Shown: piece by piece, positions 1 through 11,615 of the stretch
Layout: the number at the start of each line of letters is the position of its first letter
Position numbering within the stretch: position 1 is the stretch's first letter
Assembly (NCBI RefSeq): GCF_006345805.1
Contig: NC_043009.1
Location: 61,318,001 to 61,382,000 of the forward strand
Reading direction: 5' to 3'
Origin: Octopus sinensis
Lineage: Eukaryota
DNA: 64,000 nt
Program-made: the position numbers and the translations under genes
The notes under the pieces: model-generated
Databases searched by the model: none
Seen by the model: only the letters and a program-made list of their open reading frames with translations
What the model was told of the DNA's origin: nothing

Positions 1-842
1 AGTTTTAATTTATCATGATGTATTTATTGTTAAAAATATCGTATTGGACATGATGGTCCAATAGAGAACTATAGGGAAAAATAAGGAAAGTTCTTTCCAT
101 AAAATGGTGTAGTTTTGTGGTTACACTTGATAAAAGGTTGCAGTTAATTTCATCTGAGATAAATTGTGAGAATGTGAACATGGGAGGGGGAGGAGAAAGA
201 AACAGACAGAGTGTCGTCTGCTTTAGTTTTTAGCTTTAAGTTAGTAACAACATGGATAATTTGTGCCACTGAATCTCATTATTGATAAGTCTTGTTGCTG
301 GAACAACTGATACCCAAATAGCAGCTAACATAATGCTTGTTTGTGTTCATTTCTCTTCTCTTCCCGTTGCCTTGATGGAAAAGTTTATATAGGTTTGACA
401 GATTCATAGTCAAGAACCTTGATTGGTCAGTTTGATGCTGACACCATCAATTCAATGTGCATTTGAAAAGTCATTGTGGTTAACCTTTTGTTCACTTCAT
501 CAGTCAATTTTATGAGCATTTAGAAAACCTTAGTGGTCAGCTTTTGCCGATGTCATCAGCCAGTTTTATATTCCATTATTTTTGTCAAAAATGTCCAGAT
601 TGGAAACAATAAGTCCTGATTCCAATTTTAGAGAGAGATCTGCCGCAAATTAAAGAGAAATAGTAAAGCAAGCTTTTACCTGCCAAATTGGATCCTGCAA
701 ACTCCACAGAACAATCAGTACTACTTCCTACCTCATGAGGATTTGGTTGACTACCATTTTTCACAGTTTTATTAAACCAATCAAAGGTCAGAAGAACAGT
801 ACATATCAGCCGGGAACTGGCCATATAAAGCAGAATACCCCC

Positions 843-849
843 TCCCTCT

Positions 850-932
<83 letters not shown>
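843..932. repeat. (CT)n microsatellite
   Basis: Near-pure CT run. Confidence 0.95.
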
Positions 933-938
<6 letters not shown>

Positions 939-1424
939 CAGTGGAATACAGCTGGAGCAATCAGTTTGTTTCTCTCTCTTCCAACAGAACTCAACCAGAA
1001 AACAAATGGACTCATTACTCTCAGTGCAAGACACATTTTAGCTAAAATAATATCTCATTTTTCTATATCTCTGTTTTTCCAGGTCACACACATTGATTTC
1101 ATTTGTTTTTGCTTCAGCAACATTTTCTTCTAACATTACACACACACAACAACACAAAAAGAACATCATTTCAAGAATGTAGGTATAATACTTCTTTCAC
1201 AACACATTTATTTCGAACTTCGTATTTTATTGATTAATAATTGTTGCATTTTTTTCCCCTCTAAATGAATTACTGTCTTATTCAAACCTGCACTTTTATG
1301 AACTTTTAAACGTAAATGCATACAGCTTAACTATATTGAATTATCATACCACTTAGGCTGGTGAAGGTCTACTTCCTGGTGGCACAAAAAAAATAAGAAC
1401 TTACATACATCCAAATACACAAAC

Positions 1425-1455
<31 letters not shown>

Positions 1456-2998
1456 GGTGAGTATAATTATACATACATACATATATTTAATATCATATAA
1501 TTATACATACATACATATATATTTAATATCATGTATGTGTAGTCATACATGCATACATAATATATTTAATAATGCATAACGTGTATTTCAAAGCGCCTAT
1601 GCTGTTATTGGCTATCATATGCCATCGTACAGCAGGATACTCCTTTTACTGGATATACATGAGGAAATCCATTAGTGTACACAAAATTTGTATCAAAATT
1701 CATAAAACGAGATGGAATGAACATGTTTTAATTACAAAAGTGGGGGGAGCAGTAATGCAGTGGGCAGGGCAGTGAGGGCAGGAAAGGGCATTAGAGTTTA
1801 TTAAGATGAAATGTATATATATATGACATGAATTCAAGCCAAGTAATAATATTCTGAATGCATTTAATACGTATGTTTCAGATAATTGCACAGTAGCTAA
1901 AAAGTGAATTTCATCTGTTATGCAAGATCTTCTTCAGTCAAGACTTATCAAAACATGAATAACACTGTCATACAAGTGATGGTTTTCATTTTCAGTCTTC
2001 CTTGAAAAACATGTCTGGCTATGGGAAAATGTTACTTTTCCTCGGAAACAGATGAGAATTGGTGGAAAGAATGGTGTCCTAGTTGCAGAAAATCAGCCTC
2101 AACAAACTCTGTTTGACCCTTGCAAGCATTGAAAAGTGGACATTAAAACACAATGATGGTTGTTGCTGTCTCTTGCAACAATATTTTTCCTATTTCTGAT
2201 GGAGACAATGGCACTTGCGAAAGCTCTGATTCCTGTAATAATGAACACAATGTATACAAGCATTGACTGATTCACAGTCAAGAACCTTGATTGGTCAGTT
2301 TGATGCTGACACCATCAATTCAATGTGCATTTGAAAAGTCATAGTGGTTAACCTTTTGTTCACTTCATCAGTCAATTTTATGAGCATTTAGAAAACCTTA
2401 ATGGTCAGCTTTTGCACCTGAGCACTGTATACAATAATTTCATTATTTTAATAAAATTTCCTAAAAAGCTGTGACTTTCCTGGTGTTTCATTCCATTCAC
2501 ACTTTGACCTTGATAAAAAGTTATATTGCTAAAATACTAAAAAAAGTTTAAATAAGGTAAATGGACTTTACAATAAAACAAGATTTGGAACAACCTATTT
2601 GCATGATTGAAGCTCACGTTGTGTCAAAAGGGAAAGCATTGTGCCAAAAACTAAACTGATTCAAAAAAGTAACAAAATCGTGAAAATGGAGAGCTTCTTA
2701 TAATATAATAAGGAAGAAGTCTTATAACCATTATAATATTTCAGGTGCATGGCCTAGTGGTTAGGGTGTTGCACACACAGTCACAAAATCATGGTTTCAG
2801 TTCCTAGACCAGATGGTGGTACATTGTGTTCTTGAGCAAAACACTTCATTTCATGTTGCTTGAGCCTACTCAACTGCAAATGGGTAAACCCCAGAATGGA
2901 TTGAGCTACAGCAATGCGAGAAAGTGCATTGTGACCAGTGATGTGTAACAACATCAGATTGTCTGGTTGATACTGTGACAGGAAGGTATATTCCAGGC

Positions 2999-3225
2999 GG
3001 AAAGCTGGCAGAATCATTAGCGCGCTGGGCGAAATGCTTAACGGTATTTCGTTTGCCGCTACATTCTGAGTTCAAATTCCGCCGAGGCCGACTTTGCCTT
3101 TCATCCTTTCGGGGTCAATTAAATAAGTACCAGTTATGCACTGGGGTCAATATAATCAACTTAATCCGTTTGTCTGTCCTTGTTTGTTATTCCTGTGTTT
3201 AGCCCCTTGTGGGTAGTAAAGAAAT
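2999..3225 (+). mobile_element. tRNA-derived SINE with Deu/Nin-like core (family A), full length
   Basis: A-box-like gctggcagaatcattag, B-box gagttcaaattcc and core gcctttcatcctttcggggtc. A 15-bp TSD aggtatattccaggc lies at 2984-2998 and 3226-3240. Other copies or fragments occur near 4880, 32520, 33060-33415, 35430, 37465, 46941, 58815, 59101 and 62560-62965. Confidence 0.85.
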
Positions 3226-4240
3226 AGGTATATTCCAGGCACAAAGATCCCTCATTAATGATGGTGGAAAATATATAAATGTTATTAAACTTTTTCCGTC
3301 TGCATTGTAAAAAGATCACCTTCTTCGTTCTTTTGCTATTTTAATTCTTTATCGCAATTCTTTAAGCAAGCTACAATACATTTCTTAAACTAAGACTTTC
3401 TGACCCTGTTTTCTTAATTTTCCAAATGCAATTACAGCTTCTAATCAAAATGACAGTCACAATATCAGTGACAAATGGCAATATTTATATCCTATTTAAC
3501 CTGGATGTATCATTAGAATGCCAAATGCTGAAGTCTTTACCTTGAAAGATCTTCTCATACACATGCATGGACATATATCATTAGCAGACAAGAACTGTCT
3601 GGCATTGTTGCAAGAAATGCCAGATCATGTGATTTCAGCTTACTGTGCTTCGTCAGTAACAGGTATCCACATGCTGCATCCAGCCAAATCTCACTATAAA
3701 CACTATATAAGATAACAGTGACATTTCAGTCACTGATGTCACAAAAAGACAGCAGGCTTATTAAAAAATTAAAAGTAGCGATGGAAGCAGTATTAATAGG
3801 GAATAGCAATCTTTATATCCAACTCTATGTGGATGTATTATTACAATGCTGTAGACTGTGGTATTTACTTTGAGAGATCCTCTCATATAAACGTACAATG
3901 CTAAGAGCACAAACATATGTTAAAAGCAGATGAAAACCATTTAGCATGGGCACCAGAATTGCCAGATCACATTATTTCGGCATACTGCACTTCTTCAGTG
4001 ACAGATATCCAGCTGCTGCAATATTCTCAAGGTAAATACCACAATATTGAATGTTCTATTAATAGATCCATGCTGTGTAGGATATAAAAATTGCCATTCA
4101 GTGTTGATCCTGTTCCCTTCATTAATATTTATATTTTATTTTAACAAAAATTTCAGGTTAGCCATTGAGTTTAAAAGGACCTGTTCTTCTTAAGTGATCT
4201 TTGTACATCAGTTTGCATATGTTGTCCAGTTAATTAGTAC

Positions 4241-4645
4241 ACATCTGGGATGTTACATGCTTCGACACTTTCTCCAGTAGCAACTTGGTGTGTTCAGCTA
4301 CCAGCCCAGGTTCTGCTGCTCATCGGGCTGAGAAGGGCAAACTGTCAAAGTATTGACCGTTCTCTAACAGGTTTATGGTCAAGCCTGTGGCTGTGAAGAC
4401 TTCCAGCATCCTCAGCCTCCAGACTATATCTCTGTTCACTGCTATCAGAGTACAGATGGCTAGTCACAAGTGCCATCTGTACTCTCTGCTACATCTCCTT
4501 CACCACCCGCTAGGGCAGTGTTTCTCAGCCTTTCCACCTTTGCGTAACCCTTAAAATAAATTACATGTCTCAAGGAACCCCTGCACAAAAATTATTATAT
4601 ACAATATCTTTCTCATACTGTTTCATCGTAGTTCATGTGGTAAAT

Positions 4646-4691
<46 letters not shown>

Positions 4692-4748
4692 AATATATAT
4701 ATACATATATACATACATACATACATACATACACACACATATGTATAT

Positions 4749-4801
<53 letters not shown>

Positions 4802-5225
4802 GGTTGTTATATTTTTGGGATAACATAATAGGTTAGATAGGGTTTATGTCTATATTCTTTTCTTTTCTTTTCTCCTCTAGGCACAAGGCCTGAAATTTTG
4901 GGGGAGGGGACAGTTGATTAGATTGACCCCAGTATGCAACTGGTACTTAATTTATCGACTCTGAAAGGATGAAAGGCAAAGTCGACCTCAGCAGAATTTG
5001 AACTCAGAACATAAAGGGTGATGTCTATATTACAATAACCAATAACATGTTGTGCATGTTGTGCATGTATAGTAATATTACAATCATGAAATTAGCATTA
5101 GCTTATCTCACTCTTTCTCATGGAACCCCTAGGAACCTTTTGCAGAACCCTAGGATTCTGGGGAACCCTTGTTGAGAAACGCTGCTCTGGGGTAACACCT
5201 TTACCATTTTGACTGCTGGGACCAT
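4241..5225 (+). mobile_element. Fossil C-terminus of a CRE-type (RLE) non-LTR retrotransposon, split by a MITE
   Basis: Frame IWDVTCFDTFSSSNLVCSATSPGSAAHRAEKGKLSKY*PFSNRFMVKPVAVKT... continues after removing the MITE as YISFTTR*GNTFTIL. It matches the WDxTCxDT...KxxKY...PxAVET...QRGN restriction-like endonuclease pattern. Confidence 0.7.
4516..5184. mobile_element. hAT (Charlie-like) MITE containing (TA)n and a SINE fragment
   Basis: TIRs cagtgtttctcagc / gttgagaaacgctg; degenerate 8-bp TSD cgctaggg / ctctgggg. Confidence 0.75.
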
Positions 5226-5633
5226 TGGACAGCCTGACAAGCCTTTTCAGTTCACAAAGTGCTGCGTGCAAGTAAAATAGCAATTTCAAAAGTGACACCC
5301 AGTATTGTGTGCACTGGAATTTTCCAGTGTTAAATTTCTCCTTTTAACTTTAACATCGTCCAGATACTTAATTCAAATATATTCATGTATGCATATATAT
5401 GTGTTAATACTTGTTCATCTGTTATGCGATTCTGCTTTTTTTTTTTCCTTTTGTTCATTCATCATCATTTGTTATCATTAACAATGACAACAACAGCTGC
5501 AAAGTGGAGCCAAAGTATGGAAATAGATATTTTATTTAGTTGAAAGTATTGAGCGATATATGAGTTTATATTGTGAGGGGTAGACAGAGTTATTTGCTGT
5601 ATGCACACATATATATATGTGTGTGTGTATATA

Positions 5634-5669
<36 letters not shown>

Positions 5670-5677
5670 ACTTTCTC

Positions 5678-6057
5678 AGGCACAAGTTTGACTGTGTGGT
5701 AAGAAGCTTTCTTCCCAACCACATGGTTCTGGGTTCAGTCCCTCTGCACAAGTGTCTTCTACTGTAACCTCGAGCCAACCAAAGCCTTGTGAGTGGATTT
5801 GCTACATGGAAACTGAAAGAAACCCGTCATGTGTGTGTGTGTATATATATTTAAGCATGTGTGCCTTTGTGTCTGTGTTTGTCCTCCCATCATCACTTGA
5901 CAACTCCAATGCTGGTGTGTTCATGTCCCTGAAATCTAGCAGTTTATAGAATAAGTACTAGGCTTACAAAGAATAAGTCCTGGGGTTAATTTCTTTGACT
6001 AAAGGTGGTGCTCCAGCATGACTACAGTCAAAATGACTGAAACATGTAAAAGAGTAA
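5678..6057 (+). mobile_element. CORE-type tRNA SINE (family B, octopus OR2-like)
   Basis: Head ggcacaag..gtgtggtaagaagc, B-box gggttcagtccc, internal TG/TA microsatellite, tail ...gactgaaacatgtaaaagagtaaa. Confidence 0.8.
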
Positions 6058-6078
6058 AAAAAAAGTGTGTATATAATG

Positions 6079-6121
<43 letters not shown>

Positions 6122-7235
6122 AGCTAGAAGAGATAGCCTCTTGAGGTTAAGAAAATCGCAGTACAGTCCATTCAAACTGACAGCCATGTTGAAGTGGCTA
6201 TGAATATTACTTGTTGGTACAACTACTGCGTTAATCTCTTACAAAGATTTTAGAAGTAGCATTTTTGCTTGTTGCAAAATCAGTGACCGTGTGTTGCAAG
6301 CAGAGGCGAGCTACTGCCATCTCTAGCAGTGCAGACAAGAACGAAAGGAGTCGTGATGGGAATATTCATCTCCAGCCCTGGTTTGCTATATTACTTTAAA
6401 TATCATCAGAAGAGCAAGACAAGGTTGGATAAAAGATGCCTGTCGCGAAGTCATCATCATCATCATTTAGCGTCCGCTTTCCATGCTAGCATGGGTTGGA
6501 CGGTTCAACTGGGGTCTGGGAAGCCAGAAGGCTGTGCCAGGCCCAGTCTGATCAGGCAGTGTTTCTACGCCTGGATGCCCTTCCTATGCCAACCACTCTG
6601 AGTGTAGTGGGTGCTTTTTACGTGCCACCCGCACAGGTGCCGACGGAGCTGGTAAACAGCCATGGACGGATGGTGCTTTTTACGTGCCACCGGCACGGAG
6701 GCCAGGCGAGGCTGGCAACGACCAGAAGTGTATATGGAAAAAGATGCAAGGATGTAAAAAGGAAGTTGGGGCTGAATGACTCTGCTTAATTCATTTGTAG
6801 TAAAGGCGTACGGTGTAGCCGATGGACTTCACGGTCAAAGTGTAAAATTTTAAGTGTAAAATTTTAATTATATCTTATATAAATAATCATATTTTTAGAA
6901 TCTCATTAAACAAACTCATGAACACAATTTGTTTGTAATGTCCTATATTGTCCCCTTTATGTATTGATATTGTATTAGCATAATAAAGAATACATCTGTA
7001 GCAGTGAGGTGTCCAGTACTGGAGAGTGGCAGAAATAGTCTGAAACCAGGACTGGTCTACTGGTCCCATCACTAGAGTGTGGTAGGGGTTCGCTCCTCTG
7101 CATCATTAACCAGCTAGAGGAGATGTCCTCTGTGGCTTAAAAAATCACAGTAGAGTTTGTTCGAATGGACAGCCATGTTAAGTGGCTATAAATATTGCTT
7201 ATATATATATATGTGTGTGTGTGTGTATGTGTGTA

Positions 7236-7642
7236 TTTCTACTATATGGCTCAGAAACCTGGACGTTATCAAAGAAGCTTGAGAGGCGGTTGGATGGAAC
7301 CTACACTTGCCTCCTTATGAGAGCTCAAAATCTCTCGTGGAAGCGCCATCCAACCAAAATGCAAATATATGGGAAACTACCACCTGTGTCATCTCTTGTG
7401 AAAGGTAGGAGAGTCCAGTTTGCTGGACATGTTGTAGAGCTGAAAAAGAAGTAATTTCTACTCTTCTCCTCTGGAAGCCATCTACTCGCAATACCAGAGG
7501 GCGCACACTCTCCTACCCTGATGTAATCTCCAGGGATCAGGCATCCAGCAACAGGACCTCCGTAATGCCATGATGGACCATGAAGTCTGGCATAGCATGG
7601 TAAATTCCATTGTCTCGACCACGATCGAACAATGATGATGAT
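7236..7642 (+). mobile_element. RTE-clade LINE 3' fragment
   Basis: LLYGSETWTLSKKLERRLDGTYT...RRVQFAGH... frameshifted to ...VNSIVSTTIEQ*, then a (TGA)n tail. Confidence 0.85.
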
Positions 7643-7643
7643 G

Positions 7644-7678
<35 letters not shown>

Positions 7679-7679
7679 G

Positions 7680-8130
7680 GTTATGAGAGGTAATGTTGTC
7701 ATTGAGACACAAGGGTGTCAGGTAATGTTGAATAAGTGCTATAGATAGACCATAGTTAAGTTCCAGGTTCGGTGATTTTGCGAATAAGGGGTTCAATGTT
7801 GGTCATATGTCAGCATGTGTATATAAAAATTCTTTTTCGTAATGAGATAAAAAAAACCAAGGCTGAGTAGATTTTAGAACATTTATAGATAGAAGGTCTT
7901 ACAGCTGTTTCCAGGATATTTATTATATCCCTTCATCGGAAATGGTGTAAAAGGATAGTTAAGTAATAGTTAATTTAGATAGGATACAAGATAGAGAGTG
8001 AGGTGGAGGAAAGAAAATAGATGTGATATATATAGGGATATTGAATTTGTAGATCCATTTTTTAGGCAAAATGGTATACATGTAAGATTCCAGTACTTTA
8101 TGAGTAAAATCCAACAGTATTTAAAGTTGG
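7680..8130. mobile_element. Penelope-like element remnant
   Basis: Degenerate hammerhead motif on the minus strand at 7895-7945. The adjacent plus-strand peptide DPFFRQNGIHVRFQYFMSKIQQYLKL resembles the PLE linker before GIY-YIG. Confidence 0.45.
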
Positions 8131-8351
8131 CCATTCCAACACTGTTGGTCATTCCAATACTGTTGGATTTTCAATACTGTTGGGAAGAGGAGGAGGAGGA
8201 GGAGGAGGAGGACGACGACGATGATGATGATGACAACAACAATGATAATGATGACGAAGACAACAACGATGACAAAGATGATGGCAACAGCAACAGCAAC
8301 AATGATGACAATGATGCTTTACAGATTCAGTCATAATGGGAAGGAAGCACG

Positions 8352-9262
8352 TCATCATCATCATCATCATCGTTTAACGTCTGCTTTCCATGCTGGCATG
8401 GGTTGGACAATTGACTGAGGACTGGCGAACCAGATGGCTGCACCAGGCTCCAATCTTTATCTGGCAGAGTTTCTACAGCTTGATGCCCTTCCTAAGGCCA
8501 ACCATTCCGAGAGTGTAGTGGGTGCTTTTTATGTGCCGCCGGCACGGGGCCAGTCAGGCGTTTCTGGCAACGACCTCACTCGAATCCCTTTACACATTCC
8601 ACCGGCACAGGTGCCAGTAAGGCGATGCTGGTAACGATCATGCTCGAACGGTGTCTTTTATGTGCCATCGGCACAGAGGCTAGATAGCCGCTCTGGCAAC
8701 GATCACGCTCGGATGGTGCTCTTAACACCCTACTAGTACGGGGCTTGAGTGCCAGTAAGGTGACACTGGTAACAATCACACTCGAATGGTGCCTTTTATG
8801 TGTCACTGGCATGGAAGCCGGTTAGCCGCTCTGTCAACGATCACACTTGTATGGTGCTCTTTGCACCCCGCTAGCACAGATGCCAGTCATCGAATTTGAT
8901 TTTAATTTTGATTTCACTTGCCTCAACAGGTCTTCGCAAGCAGAGTTTTAGTGTCCAAAGAAGGAAAAAGTACGCATAAGTGGGCTGGTTACACCCCTAG
9001 CATTGGCCACGAGATTATGGTCTCATTTGGCTTGCCAGATCTTCTCACGCACAGCATATTTCCAAAAGTCTTGGTCACTAGTCATTTCCTTGGTGAGGCC
9101 CAAAGTTCAAAGGTCGTGCTTCACCACTTCATCCCAGGTCTTCCTGGGTCTACCTTTTCCACAGGTTCCCTCAACCGCTAGGGTGTGGCACTTTTTCACA
9201 CAGCTATCCTCATCCATTCTCGCCACATGACCATACCAGCGCAGTAGTCTCTCTTGCACGTA
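8352..9262 (-). mobile_element. RTE LINE 3' end (ORF end, repeated 3' UTR, (GAT)n tail)
   Basis: VQERLLRWYGHVARMDEDSCVKKCHTLAVEGTCGKGRPRKTWDEVVKHDL is continuous with a UTR ending ...ccaacccatgccagcatggaaagcagacgttaaacgatgatg. The same tail recurs about 20 times, e.g. 6451, 19560, 20300, 22741, 23930, 28437, 35280, 42470, 45220 and 53805. Confidence 0.9.
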
Positions 9263-9509
9263 ACAATATTTTCTGTGCATAAATACAACATCACAACTAA
9301 ACCCTTTCAGAAAAAGACCTCTAATTTCAATAAGTGACACACATCACTGACATCATATATTTTCTGAAACAATGCACAACATTTTATCAGGATATCAAAT
9401 GTTAACTGTACACTGGTGTGTTGATTGTGGTAACCGCAGTGACTACAGTGTTTGCCATGTACACCACGGTGTATATTGTGGTTATTAAAGTGCAACATTT
9501 CCTGTGAGA

Positions 9510-10026
9510 ATAATACATGACAGCAGAGAGAAAATTAAGGCAAGCACTCAAGAAGTTACTCCATCAAGTGCTTGGACCTTATGTTTTACATAGATCTAAA
9601 GTAATGCTTAAAATGGAATGGTTCTTGAATGTATGGATCAAGGATCAGATTCAACATGCTGATAAGTATAATGGTAATTAATTTTTAAAAAAACCAAAAG
9701 TTTATATGATGAAGATTTGAAAAGAAAGGAAGGTGAAACTGCTGATGTAAAGTTTTTTTGTTTTTTTTTCTGGTTAGCAAAAGCTGGTTTGAAAGCTTTA
9801 AGATGTACTTCAACCTGCACTACCAATGCTAATACAGAGACTGCTACTAATTTTGCTAAATAGCTGAAAAGATGATTCCTAAAGGGGGATACACACCAGA
9901 GCAGGTATAAAATGTTGATGAAGCTGCACTTTGCTTGGAATGCATGCTTGCTTCCTATTGAAATTTTATTTCTTGAGAAGAAAAATCAACACCTGGTTTA
10001 AGGCTTTCAAAAATTATCTGATGCTT
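9510..10026 (+). pseudogene. Tigger1/pogo-like transposase fossil
   Basis: Disrupted frames: REKIKASTQEVTP..KMEWFLNVWIKDQ, SKSWFESFK, GGYTPEQV*NVDEAAL, FIS*EEKSTPGFKAFKNYLML (cf. Tigger1 GGYTKQQIFNVDET...EEKSMPGFKASKDRLTL). Confidence 0.85.
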
Positions 10027-11615
10027 CATCATCATCCTCATCATCGTTTAACGTCTGTTTTCCATGCTAGCATGGGTTGGATGGTTCGACCGGGGTCTGG
10101 GAAGCCAGGAGGCTGCACCAGGCTCCACTCTGATCTGGCAGTGTTTCTACAGCTTCCTAATGCCAACCACTCCATGAGTGTAGTGAGTGCTTTTTACATG
10201 CCACTGGCACAGGTGCCAGGGGAGGCTGGCAACAGCCACAATCGGTTGGTGCTTTTTACATACCACCTGCATGGAAGCCAGCCAAGGCAGCACTAGCATC
10301 GGCCATGTACGGCTGGTGTATTTTACGTGCCACCGACACAGGTATCACAACTACAACTTCCATTTGATTTTTATTTCATGTTGATGTACTTGACTCAGTA
10401 GGTCCCCTCAAGCACAGCAGGTCACCCTACAATCCAAGGTAAGCACAGCAGGCCGTCCTGTGATCCAAGGTATTTTGGATGGTCTGGGGCTGCTATATGA
10501 AGCTGGTGGCAAGCTATATAAGGCGGCGAGCTGGCAGAAACGTTAGCATGCCGGGCGAAATGCGTGGCCGTATTTCGTCTGCTGTTACGTTCTGAGTTCA
10601 AATTCCGCCGAGGTCAACTTTGCCTTTCATCCTTTCGGGGTCGATAAATTAAGTACCAGTTCCACACTGGGGTCGATGTAATCGACTTAATCCCTTTGTC
10701 TGTCCTTGTTTGTCCTCACTGTGTTTAGCCCCTTGTGGGTAGTAAAGAAATATATATGAAGCTGGTGCAGGAAACAGCCATAACTCACATTATTTGTCGG
10801 ATCTTTGCAGTCACAGGATATCTCCAAAGGTCTCGGTCTTTTGTCATTGCCTTTGTGACACCTAATGTTCGAAGGTCATGCTTGACCACCTCATCCCATG
10901 TCTTCCTGGGTCTACCTCTACCCAGGATTCCTTCAACAGTTTGGGAGTGGCTCTTCTTCACACATCTCTCCTCATCCATCCATAGTACATGACCATACCA
11001 GCACAAACATCTCTCTTGCATGCCACATCCAATGCTTCTTATGTCCAGCATTTCTTTCAGGGCACTTACATTCTGTCATGTGTGCACACTGACATTACAC
11101 ACCCAGCGGATCATGCTAGCTTCATTTCTTTCAAGCCTACGCATGTCCTCCGCAGTCACAGCCCACTACTGTGAAGCATGGCAGTTCGCACACATGCGTC
11201 ATATAATCTACCTTTCACTCTGAGCGAGAGACCCTTTGTCACCAGTAGGGGTAGAAGCTTTCTAAACTTTGCCCAGGCTATTCGTATTCTAGTGGTGACA
11301 CTCTCTGAGCATCCACCTCCACTACTAACTTGGTCACCCAGGTAGCGGAAACTATCAACTACTTCTAGTTTCTCCCCCTGGAGTGTGATGGAATCTGTTT
11401 TCTGAGTATCTGTGGGAAACTGTCAATTATTTCTAGTTTCTCCCCCTGGAGTGTGATGGAATCTGTTTTCTGAGTATCTGTGGTGTCTATTGCCCCTGTG
11501 TATCTGCTGCACACAAAAGCTATCTTCTTGGTTAATTTTCCTTTGATGTTGCTGCACCTCTTATGCATCCATAGCTTACACTGGGTGCATCTTATGGAGT
11601 TTCTACCTACACCTT
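10027..11615 (-). mobile_element. RTE LINE, ~1.6-kb 3' fragment
   Basis: KGVGRNSIRCTQCKLWMHKRCSNIKG...FRYLGDQVSSGGGCSESVTTRIRIAWAKF...WYGHV...GRGRPRKTWDEVVKHDL. It has a small internal duplication at ~11350-11480 and a (GAT)n tail. Confidence 0.9.
10509..10752 (+). mobile_element. Family A SINE nested in the RTE LINE
   Basis: 15-bp TSD tatatgaagctggtg at 10494-10508 and 10753-10767. Confidence 0.9.

Noticed and set aside
585-830. Minus-strand exon ending GGCAG|gtaaaa near 678
   Set aside because: No recognisable protein or convincing acceptor
3600-3675. H/ACA snoRNA in module B (hairpin-AGATCA-hairpin-ACA)
   Set aside because: Hairpins are too short, and the first stem and terminal ACA are not kept in the second copy
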